Below are positions 18,031 through 26,016 of a DNA stretch of 64,000 nucleotides, piece after piece. The translations under genes were made by a program, and so were the position numbers. This DNA comes from Azospirillaceae bacterium (GTDB lineage Bacteria; Pseudomonadota; Alphaproteobacteria; Azospirillales; Azospirillaceae), in the NCBI GenBank assembly GCA_028283825.1, contig JAPWJW010000004.1:2292-66291 (forward strand). Direction: 5' to 3'. The notes beneath the pieces are model-generated. The model made no database searches, was not told where the DNA came from, and saw nothing but the letters and a program-made list of their open reading frames with translations. Within the stretch, counting starts at the first letter, position 1. Each line of letters starts with the position of its first letter.

Positions 18031-18704
18031 TCCGTCGCGCCTTGAAGGCGGCCGCCTCGGCCGCCGTCGCCATCTGCTTGCTGTCCGCCTGCCTCATCAC
18101 CCCGGCCTTCGCGGCCGATGCCTCGACGGCCACCCCGGCCGTCGTCGCCACCACCACGGCCACCAACACCGCCGTTGACCTGGCCAGCATCGTCACTGCC
18201 ATCGAGGGCGTCATTTTCTCGGCTGCGGCCGCCTTCCTGACGTGGCTGGGCCGCCGCGTGATCCTGGGCATCGAAAGCTGGCTGGGCATTCAGGCCACGG
18301 CGGCCAACACCACCGTGCTGAACGCCGCCATTACCACCGCCCTGGGTATGGCCCGAACGCGCCTGGATGCCGCCCTGCAGGGCAAGACGACGGTGGACGT
18401 GCACAACCAGCTGGCGGCCAGCGTCGCCCAGCAGCTGGTGACCGACATCCCGCACATCCTTGCCTTCTTCGGTCTCGACCAGGCCGCGCTTGAGGCGAAG
18501 GTGATTGGGATGCTGGGGAGCGCCCTACCGCCGATCCAGACCGTGGAGACGCCTGCGCCCGTGGCGTCCGGCCCGACCACCAGCCGGGACGATCTGCTGT
18601 CCCAGCTGAAGGCCCTGCTGGACGGCGTGACCACCACGGTCACCGCCACCGCCGCCGCGCCGGCCCCGGCGCCGGTGGCGGGAGCCCAGCCGGCGACGGC
18701 CTGA
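18027..18704 (+). CDS. Holin-like membrane protein
   Basis: Signal-like N-terminus plus TM helix, between lysin and spanins. Confidence 0.5.
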   Translation: MIRRALKAAASAAVAICLLSACLITPAFAADASTATPAVVATTTATNTAVDLASIVTAIEGVIFSAAAAFLTWLGRRVILGIESWLGIQATAANTTVLNAAITTALGMARTRLDAALQGKTTVDVHNQLAASVAQQLVTDIPHILAFFGLDQAALEAKVIGMLGSALPPIQTVETPAPVASGPTTSRDDLLSQLKALLDGVTTTVTATAAAPAPAPVAGAQPATA

Positions 18705-18705
18705 C

Positions 18706-18921
18706 GTGCTGCAGCTGGCGATGCTCGGTGGCGGTGTCTTCGCCGGCGCCGGGCTGCTGGCCTGGTTGCTCTACCGGGCCCGCAGCGACGGGGCGGCGGC
18801 TGTCACGGCCGCCGCGACCGCCACCGACCTGGAGAAAACCGATGCGATGCTGCAGGCCGCGATGGCCGTTGACCGCCGTCCTGACGCTGTTGTTGACCAG
18901 CTGCTCGCCGGAGATTTCTAG
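18706..18921 (+). CDS. Putative i-spanin (Rz-like)
   Basis: N-terminal TM, short helical domain. Confidence 0.55.
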   Translation: MLQLAMLGGGVFAGAGLLAWLLYRARSDGAAAVTAAATATDLEKTDAMLQAAMAVDRRPDAVVDQLLAGDF

Positions 18922-19096
18922 CCGTGCCTGCCCCCGCCTGGTGCCGTACAGCCCGCAGCAGCAGCTGAAGGCGGCGCAGGAACTGAGGGTGCTACCAGTC
19001 GATGCCGAGCTACGCACGATGATCGCCGACTACAAGCTGACCCGCGACCAGATCCGGATCTGCCGCGGCGAACCGATCCCCGGGAGCCGTCCTTGA
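18842..19096 (+). CDS. Putative o-spanin (Rz1-like lipoprotein)
   Basis: AVLTLLLTS|C lipobox, overlaps i-spanin in another frame. Confidence 0.6.
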   Translation: MRCCRPRWPLTAVLTLLLTSCSPEISSRACPRLVPYSPQQQLKAAQELRVLPVDAELRTMIADYKLTRDQIRICRGEPIPGSRP

Positions 19097-19308
19097 CCGA
19101 TGTGATTGATCAAGCCCAGGCGCTGGAACAGGCGCAGCTGGACCGCGCCCTGGCCGGCCGGCGCCGGCCGGGCGCGGCCGATCTGACGCCGCGTGACTGC
19201 CTGGGCTGTGGTGAACCTATCCCGGCGCCGCGCCTGGCGCTCGTGCCTGGCGCCATGCGCTGTACCCCGTGTCAGCGCCGATACGAGGCGACGCATGCTC
19301 AACCCTGA
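19093..19308 (+). CDS. TraR/DksA C4 zinc-finger protein
   Basis: DVIDQAQ...CLGCGEPIPAPRL...RCTPCQ. Confidence 0.88.
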   Translation: MTDVIDQAQALEQAQLDRALAGRRRPGAADLTPRDCLGCGEPIPAPRLALVPGAMRCTPCQRRYEATHAQP

Positions 19309-19756
19309 TTTCGTCGATACCGCCATCAAATGGCTGACGTTGTTCAGCTTGGTGGGCACGCCCCTGATGGCGATTGGGGCCCTGCTGATCAAGCGGACCA
19401 TGGCCACAAAGGAAGACGTGGCCAAGCTGGCGGCCGAGCGCGTGGCCAGCGATGAAGAATTTGAAAAGAAGCTCTCCGATATGAGGGCCGAGACGGCCCA
19501 GGCCGTGGCTGCCGTCCAGCTGAAGTTGGGAGAACGCGTGACCCAGGTCGAGGCGACCTGCACCGCAGTCCAGATCGACATTCGGCACTTGCCCGATCAG
19601 GTCGCCCTTGCCGATCTGCGGGATCGAATTGCCGGCGTCGAGAAGGAGGTCGGGGGAAACACGGCCAGCATCGACGGCCTGCGCCAGGTGATGGAACGGC
19701 TGGAGATGCCGCTCAACCTCCTACTGGAACACCAAATCAAGGGCAGCCGGGCATGA
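19295..19756 (+). CDS. DUF2730-like membrane/coiled-coil protein
   Basis: N-term TM, IRHLPD motif, Mu gp25 position. Confidence 0.6.
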   Translation: MLNPDFVDTAIKWLTLFSLVGTPLMAIGALLIKRTMATKEDVAKLAAERVASDEEFEKKLSDMRAETAQAVAAVQLKLGERVTQVEATCTAVQIDIRHLPDQVALADLRDRIAGVEKEVGGNTASIDGLRQVMERLEMPLNLLLEHQIKGSRA

Positions 19757-20073
19757 GCGCGGGATTTCACAAGGATTGGATCGAGGGGCGCCGGGCCTTC
19801 CTGCTGCGCTTCCTGGTGGAGGCGGGCGGTTCGTGCCTGCAAAGCATGCTGGTCAGCGCCGGCCTGCGCGCGTTCAAGCGCGATAGCGAAGAGGATCTGC
19901 TGGCGGACATCAAGCACCTGGTCAACATGCGGTGCGTGGAGACCGACGACATGGACACGCTGGATGGCACCCATTCCATCCGCAGCCTGGTCATCACGCC
20001 TCGCGGCGAAGCGGCGGCGGAGGGGCGCGGCGAGCCGGTTCCGGGGGTGCGGCAGAGCCGCTGGGATCGCTGA
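19753..20073 (+). CDS. Mu gp26-like protein
   Basis: RRAFLLRFL...ITPRGEAAAEGR...PGV. Confidence 0.7.
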   Translation: MSAGFHKDWIEGRRAFLLRFLVEAGGSCLQSMLVSAGLRAFKRDSEEDLLADIKHLVNMRCVETDDMDTLDGTHSIRSLVITPRGEAAAEGRGEPVPGVRQSRWDR

Positions 20074-20621
20074 TGGCCAAGCAATCCTCCCTCAAGAGTC
20101 TGCCGCCCAAGGTGCTTGACCAGGTCAACAAGATGATCGGGGCCGGCGGCTGGACCTTCGACGACCTGGTCGAGTACCTGGCCGAGGCCGGCCACCCGCG
20201 TTCCCGGTCGTCAATCGCTCGCTACGGCAAGAACTACGGCGCTGTGGCGGCCAAGCTACGGGAGGGGCGCGAAGTCACGGCCATGCTGGTGGAGGAAATG
20301 GGGCCGCAAGCCGCCGAAGGGCGCCAGGGACGCCTTCTTGTCGAAATCCTGCGCCGCGTCGCCAGCGACCGCCTCATGCAGCAGCTGGCGGATGGCGGCC
20401 AGGATGCCGACACCAAAGACCTGATGATGCTGGCCCGCATGCTGAAGGACATGTCGGCCGCCGCCCGCTACGACCAGGACTTCGAGACCAAAGCCCGCGA
20501 GTACGCCGCCCGCTGGTTGGACAAGGCGGTGGACGAGGCCAAGGGCGAAGTGGAGAAGCGCGCCCTATCGCCGCTGGAAGCGCTGGAGCGCGTCCGTGCC
20601 ATCTACCGGGGTGAAACGTGA
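20073..20621 (+). CDS. Terminase small subunit (DUF3486, Mu gp27-like)
   Basis: SSLKSLPP...SRSSIARYG. Confidence 0.8.
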   Translation: MAKQSSLKSLPPKVLDQVNKMIGAGGWTFDDLVEYLAEAGHPRSRSSIARYGKNYGAVAAKLREGREVTAMLVEEMGPQAAEGRQGRLLVEILRRVASDRLMQQLADGGQDADTKDLMMLARMLKDMSAAARYDQDFETKAREYAARWLDKAVDEAKGEVEKRALSPLEALERVRAIYRGET

Positions 20622-21943
20622 CCGGCATCCTTCTCCCCTATCAGACCCGATGGCTGCAGGATGAGGCCCGGTTCAAGCTGGGGATGTTCAGCCGGCAGAC
20701 GGGTAAAACCTTCACAACAACATTGAACATCGTAGACCACTGCATGGAGGCAGAGGCCAGGAAGCGGCGTGAACGCTGGGTGATCCTTTCGCGCGGGGAG
20801 CGCCAGGCACTCGAAGCGATGAACGAGGGCGTCAAGCTGCACCTTAAGGGTTACGGCACCGCCTACGACGCCCTGGAGTACGATTTTCCCGGCAACGACG
20901 CGACCTATCGCGCCACTGAGGTGGCCCTCCCCAACGGCAGCCGTATCACCGCGCTGCCGGCCAACCCGGATACCGCTCGCGGCTATTCGGCCAATGTTTT
21001 TCTGGACGAGTTCGCCTTTCACAAAGACAGCCGGTCCATCTGGAAGGCCCTATTCCCCGTCATTTCCCGAGGGGGGCTGAAGCTGCTCATCACCTCCACA
21101 CCCAATGGCCGCAACAATAAGTTCTATGAGCTGTGGACCGGCCAGGACACGGCCTGGTCACGCCACCGGGTGGACATCCACCAGGCCGTGGCCGAAGGTT
21201 TGGATCGCAATATTCCTGAACTGCGCGCCGCCCTGAATGACGAAGACGCCTGGCGCCAGGAATTCGAGTTGGAGTTCCTGGAAGAAAGCACGGCGTGGCT
21301 GAGCTACGACGTCATTGTCGGCTGCGAGGACCCGGCCGCCGGCAAGCCGGATCTGTACCAGGGCGGTCCCTGCCTGATCGGCAATGACATCGCCAGGCGC
21401 AAAGACCTTTGGGTGGCTTGGGTTTGGGAGCGGGTCGGCGACGTTCTGTGGACCCGGGAGATCGTTGAGCTGAAGGGCGCCAGCTTCGCCGCCCAGGATG
21501 CTGAGATCGCCCGGCTGATGGCGCGCTACAATGTTGAGCGCCTGGTGATGGATCAGACGGGCATGGGCGAAAAGCCCGTGGAAGACGCCCAGCGTGCCTA
21601 CGGCCACAAGGTTGAGGGCGTCATCTTGCAGGCGTCCACGCGCCTGAACGTGGCCATCGCCGCCAAGCAGAAGTTTGAAGATAGGAAGGTCCGCCTTCCC
21701 ACCGGCAACGCCACCCTGCGAGCCGACCTGCACAAGCTGAAGCGCATTGCGGGCGACACGGGCGCCCCGCGGCTGGTCGCGGATCGTGATGGCGATGGCC
21801 ATGCCGACCGGACCTGGGCGGCCTTCCTGGGCATTGCCGGCGGGAACGATACGCCATCCATCATCGACTACTACGCGCGCCTGGCGGCCATACAGAAGGC
21901 GGCCGAGGAAGCCAAACTGAAGGAGGAGGCGGCCCATGGCTGA
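20618..21943 (+). CDS. terL: Terminase large subunit (Mu gp28-like)
   Basis: SRQTGKT, VFLDEFAFH, TSTPNG, DIARRKD, DQTGMG, GHADRTWA. Confidence 0.93.
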   Translation: MTGILLPYQTRWLQDEARFKLGMFSRQTGKTFTTTLNIVDHCMEAEARKRRERWVILSRGERQALEAMNEGVKLHLKGYGTAYDALEYDFPGNDATYRATEVALPNGSRITALPANPDTARGYSANVFLDEFAFHKDSRSIWKALFPVISRGGLKLLITSTPNGRNNKFYELWTGQDTAWSRHRVDIHQAVAEGLDRNIPELRAALNDEDAWRQEFELEFLEESTAWLSYDVIVGCEDPAAGKPDLYQGGPCLIGNDIARRKDLWVAWVWERVGDVLWTREIVELKGASFAAQDAEIARLMARYNVERLVMDQTGMGEKPVEDAQRAYGHKVEGVILQASTRLNVAIAAKQKFEDRKVRLPTGNATLRADLHKLKRIAGDTGAPRLVADRDGDGHADRTWAAFLGIAGGNDTPSIIDYYARLAAIQKAAEEAKLKEEAAHG

Positions 21944-24674
21944 AGGTCTGGCCGGGCGCATCGCCAATGCGGTCAAGTACGCGCTGACGGGTGACACCGC
22001 GTGGTTCGGCCCCGGCACGCCCCTGGCGCCGGCTGCGCCGCCCGAGACGGCTGGCCGCCGCTTCGACTACGGCACGGGCATCAACATGATGCCCCGGCCG
22101 CGCTCGGAAGAGCCGGTCACGTTTGATCAGCTGCGCAACCTGGCGCGCGGCTACCCGCTGTTGGCCCTGGTCATCTCAACCCGTGTGGACCAGCTGGCCG
22201 GCCACGATTGGGCCATCGCACCGGTGGATAAAGACCAGGGGGTGAAGAACGATCCCCGCGTCAAGACCGTCACCGACTTCCTGCAGCAGCCGGATCGGGA
22301 GCACGACTGGGGGACCTGGCTGGGTGCCCTGGTTGAAGAGATGTTGGTCACCGACGCGGCGACGATCTACCCGCGCAAGACGGTGGGTGGCGCCCTCTAC
22401 TCGCTCGACCTGATCGACGGCACCACCATCAAGCGGGTGCTGGATGATCACGGCCGCACGCCGGTGTCCCCCGATATTGCCTATCAGCAGATCATCAAGG
22501 GGATGGTGGCGTCGGACTATACGGCCGATGAACTGATCTATGCGCCCCGGGTGTTTCGCACCGACAAGGCCTATGGCTTCTCCCCCGTCGAAATGGTGGT
22601 GAGATACGCCCAGGTGGGCCTGAACCGCCTGAAGCATGTTGAGGACTACTTCACCGAAGGCACCGTGCCGGATGCCCTGTGCGCCGTGCCGGAGGGCTGG
22701 ACGCCTGACCAGATCGCCCAATTCCAGGCCTATTTCGACGCCCTGCTGAACGGGGACGACGGGCAGAAGCGCAAGCTGCGCTTTGTGCCGGCGGCCATGG
22801 CGAAAGGGTTCATCCAGACGAAAGAGGCCATCCTCACCGACGCCTTCGACGAATGGCTGGCGCGCATCATCTGCTACGCCTTGGGGGTGTCGGCGCAGTG
22901 GGCCGTGCGGCAGATGAACCGGGCCACCGCTGAGACCGAGCAGGAACAGGCGCTGCAGGAGGGGCTGGGCCCGCTGAAGCAATGGGTGGCCCAGCTGATG
23001 ACCCGGATCATCCGGGACTATTTCGGCTATGAGGATCTGTGCTTCGTCTGGCGGGACCAAGAGGCGGCCGTCAGCCCCCTGGAGCAGGCCCAGATTGACG
23101 AACTGGACCGCAAGAATGGCATCCGCACCCTGAACGAAATCCGCGAGAAGCGCGGCCTGCCGCCCGTGCAGGGCGGCGACGTGCTGATCATCATGACCGG
23201 GTCGGGGGCCGTGAAGCTGGATGACGTCCTGAACCCGCCGCCGGTGCCGACCCCCTTGCAGACCGCCGCCGATCCCCAGCTGGCCGATCTGGGCGCGGCC
23301 GACCAGGCCGAAGGCTCGCCCCCGACCCACAAGCCGCCGGAGAGGGCGCAGCAGGACGGGACGCAAGCCCCGAATGAGACGCCCCCACTGCGTAAAGCCG
23401 CCCCCATCGTCATCAACCGCAACCGCCACATCGTGCAGCTGGGGGAGATGCAGGCGGCATCCCTGATGACGGAGTTCCTGTCCAGCCAGGCCGGCCCAAC
23501 GGCGGATCGCGTGCTGGCGGCGCTGCCGGCATTGGCCAAGGCGGACACGCCGGCCGATCCTCCCGCCGATCCCGTCAATGACACGGTGCAGGCGAGCGCC
23601 CGGGCGGCGGGTGCCGAAGGCGCCGCGGAAGCGGCGGCCGAAGCTGTGGTGGACGTCGCCCTGGATATCGCCGCCTGGCGGGATGCGGTGGATAAGCTGC
23701 AGGTCATCCTGCAGGCGGTGGTGAAGGATGGCGCCGAAGAGGCGATCAGCAGCTGGACCCTGTCCAGCGCCGCCGGTCCCGGCACGCGCCGGGCGGCCAC
23801 ACGCTCGGCCGTGACGCTCACCAATCCCCGCGCCGTGGCCTATACCGAGGCGCACGCGGCAGAGTTGGTGAGCAACATCACCCAGACCACGCGCGATGCC
23901 CTGCGCCGCCTGGTGGTGACCGCCGAACAGGAAGGGTGGTCGGTTGATCGTCTGAAGACGGCCATCATCGAAAACCACGCCTTCTCCCCGGCGCGGGCGA
24001 AGATGATCGCCCGGACGGAGCTGGGCAACGCCGACCACCAGGGCAACCTGATCGGGTGGCACGCCGTCAACGAGGTGTTCGATGCCGGCCTGCGGAAAGG
24101 CTGGGCGCTGGGCAAGACGGAAGCCCACTGCGCGGCGTGCGAGGAAAACGCCGCGGCCGGTCCCATCCCTTTGGATCAGAGCTTCCCCAGCGGCGTGCCG
24201 TCGCCGCTGGCCCACCCCTACTGTGACTGCGACATGTACGCCGTGCCGCCTGATCAGCCGCCCGACCTGGCCAAGGCGTTCAACCCGGGTCAGCCCAGGG
24301 ATGGCAACGGACGCTGGACGTCAGGGGCCGGGGGCGCCATCGCGCGGGGAGAGGCGGCCATGCGCCACGTCATGAGCACGCGCCAGGATGTGCACGGTGC
24401 CATGGAAGCGCCGGGCGTCGGACCGGTGTCCTTCATCTGGGGGCACCAGGGCGATCCGGCGCGGGACTTCCAGCGGGGCTATGGCATCTCCCACATCATG
24501 GCCAAGCATGGCCATGCGGCGGCCATGGCCGTACCGACCACCCTGATCAAGGGCACCTCGACGCAAGGGCCCACACGGTGGACCTTCCGTCATGAGGGGC
24601 ACCAGGTCATGGTGACGCGCGGCGGCAACGGCCCCAACGAACCGTGGGTGCTGACCGGGTATCATCGGGTGTAG
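21936..24674 (+). CDS. Portal + MuF minor head + C-terminal putative BECR (PBECR1-like) nuclease fusion
   Basis: Portal motifs YGFSPVE, RTLNEIREKRGL; MuF IARTE...HPYCDC; then FNPGQPRDGNGRWT linker and FIWG...GYGISHIMAKHG...WVLTGY. Confidence 0.8.
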   Translation: MAEGLAGRIANAVKYALTGDTAWFGPGTPLAPAAPPETAGRRFDYGTGINMMPRPRSEEPVTFDQLRNLARGYPLLALVISTRVDQLAGHDWAIAPVDKDQGVKNDPRVKTVTDFLQQPDREHDWGTWLGALVEEMLVTDAATIYPRKTVGGALYSLDLIDGTTIKRVLDDHGRTPVSPDIAYQQIIKGMVASDYTADELIYAPRVFRTDKAYGFSPVEMVVRYAQVGLNRLKHVEDYFTEGTVPDALCAVPEGWTPDQIAQFQAYFDALLNGDDGQKRKLRFVPAAMAKGFIQTKEAILTDAFDEWLARIICYALGVSAQWAVRQMNRATAETEQEQALQEGLGPLKQWVAQLMTRIIRDYFGYEDLCFVWRDQEAAVSPLEQAQIDELDRKNGIRTLNEIREKRGLPPVQGGDVLIIMTGSGAVKLDDVLNPPPVPTPLQTAADPQLADLGAADQAEGSPPTHKPPERAQQDGTQAPNETPPLRKAAPIVINRNRHIVQLGEMQAASLMTEFLSSQAGPTADRVLAALPALAKADTPADPPADPVNDTVQASARAAGAEGAAEAAAEAVVDVALDIAAWRDAVDKLQVILQAVVKDGAEEAISSWTLSSAAGPGTRRAATRSAVTLTNPRAVAYTEAHAAELVSNITQTTRDALRRLVVTAEQEGWSVDRLKTAIIENHAFSPARAKMIARTELGNADHQGNLIGWHAVNEVFDAGLRKGWALGKTEAHCAACEENAAAGPIPLDQSFPSGVPSPLAHPYCDCDMYAVPPDQPPDLAKAFNPGQPRDGNGRWTSGAGGAIARGEAAMRHVMSTRQDVHGAMEAPGVGPVSFIWGHQGDPARDFQRGYGISHIMAKHGHAAAMAVPTTLIKGTSTQGPTRWTFRHEGHQVMVTRGGNGPNEPWVLTGYHRV

Positions 24675-24682
24675 GGGGGAAG

Positions 24683-24771
24683 CGTCCCGGTGACGTGGTG
24701 ACGAGTTATCCGCCAGCCACGCTACGCAGCCAGGCCCTTTCTAGTTATCGGGCAAGGATGGGAGCGGGACG
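24683..24771 (-). ncRNA. Candidate 89-nt structured sRNA convergent on the nuclease domain
   Basis: 7-bp closing stem CGTCCCG/CGGGACG, two inner hairpins with GAUAACU loops; promoter places the start at the stem. Confidence 0.5.
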
Positions 24772-24777
24772 GTTCTG

Positions 24778-24806
24778 AGAATAGGCCAACCCGGTCCCAT
24801 CGGCAA
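24778..24806 (-). promoter_or_regulatory. Sigma70-like promoter, antisense to the late operon
   Basis: TTGCCG (24806-24801)-N17-TATTCT (24783-24778). Confidence 0.65.
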
Positions 24807-25026
24807 CCCCACCCCCTTTGGTGCCTATCAATGGGGGTAGGGTCGGCTTTAAGAGGCACGTAAGAGCCATAAGAGGCCGCTTCTAACGCGTCTGTGGCCG
24901 GTCGGCTGCCGTCGTCGCGGCCACGGGCCGGGGAAGGCCCCTGAGCGGCCAAAAAATCGGGGGTGCTTGCGCCCACCCCCAAGGGGTGCCACCATCCCCG
25001 CGCCGGCACCGCTAAGGCTGCTCCGG

Positions 25027-25054
25027 TCCCCCCTGAAATGCTTCATCCTTATCC
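25027..25054 (+). promoter_or_regulatory. Late promoter/activator site 2 (head-tail operon)
   Basis: Repeat of 17446-17473; TAGGCT 17 nt downstream. Confidence 0.75.
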
Positions 25055-25105
25055 GGCCCCGGGCGGGCCCCTAGGCTGTCCTTCGTCACGAACGACGGGG
25101 ACGCC

Positions 25106-25990
25106 ATGCTTTTCCAACTCACCAAGGTCGATGCTGATCAGCGCCTGGTCTATGCCAGCCTGAGCGAGACCCCGGACCGCGCCGGCGAAGTCATGGACTA
25201 CGCCAGCAGCAAGCCCAATTTCCAGGCCTGGTCGGACAGCCTGGCCAAGGTCACCGGCGGCCAGAACCTGGGCAACATCCGCTCGATGCACACCACGGCC
25301 GTGGCGGCGGGCTGCCTGGTCTCCATCGACTTCGACGACGCCGCCAAGCGCATCAACCTGTGCGGCCGCATCGTCGATGATGGTGAGTGGGCCAAGGTGC
25401 AGGCCGGCGTCTACACGGGCTTCAGCCCGGGCGGCAAGTACGCCCGCCGGTGGCGCGATGGCAACGTGCGCCGCTATACCGCCAAGCCGGCCGAACTGAG
25501 CCTGGTGGACGTGCCCTGCATGCCGGACGCGACCTTCACCCTGGTGAAGGTGGCCGGTGGGGGTGAAGAGCAGCTGGGCTTCCTGTCCGTCGATGACGGT
25601 GACCTGGTCAAGTCCGCCGGCGAACACGCCCAACGCATCCATGACCATGCCGTCCACATGGGCGCCCACTGCGCCTGCGGCGACGACATTCGCACGGCCG
25701 CCGACAACGAGGCCGCCATGGCCAAGGTGGCGGGCGACAACGACACGCTGCGTAAGCAGCTGGACGACCTGGCCGCCGACCGTGATCGCCTGGCCAAGCG
25801 CGTGGCCGACCTGGAAGCGCAGCCCACCGGCGGCGGCCCGGTCCGTGCCCCCACCGATCCCGGCAAGATGGGCGCCCCCACCGATCATGGCGCGGGCACC
25901 GGCACCTTCGATGAACGCCTGGCCAAGGTGAACGCCATGCCACCCGGCCTTGAACGTGCCGAGGCGTTGAAGGCCCTGGCCGGCTCCTGA
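25106..25990 (+). CDS. Prohead protease/scaffold
   Basis: TKVDADQRLVY, IRSMH, YTGFSPGG, ELSLVDVPC; C-term coiled coil; precedes capsid. Confidence 0.75.
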   Translation: MLFQLTKVDADQRLVYASLSETPDRAGEVMDYASSKPNFQAWSDSLAKVTGGQNLGNIRSMHTTAVAAGCLVSIDFDDAAKRINLCGRIVDDGEWAKVQAGVYTGFSPGGKYARRWRDGNVRRYTAKPAELSLVDVPCMPDATFTLVKVAGGGEEQLGFLSVDDGDLVKSAGEHAQRIHDHAVHMGAHCACGDDIRTAADNEAAMAKVAGDNDTLRKQLDDLAADRDRLAKRVADLEAQPTGGGPVRAPTDPGKMGAPTDHGAGTGTFDERLAKVNAMPPGLERAEALKALAGS

Positions 25991-26016
25991 CCCACACACC
26001 TTTCCGGAGATCCTTG

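Noticed and set aside
24683..24771. Genuine tRNA gene
   Set aside because: Has a 7-bp closing stem and a 7-nt loop, but no TTC T-loop, D-loop GG, U33 or CCA; kept only as a structured sRNA candidate.
24675..25105. Protein immunity gene after the nuclease domain
   Set aside because: No plus-strand ORF with a good RBS directly follows; track ORFs 24722-25009, 24849-25046 and 24963-25163 look like GC-rich noise.
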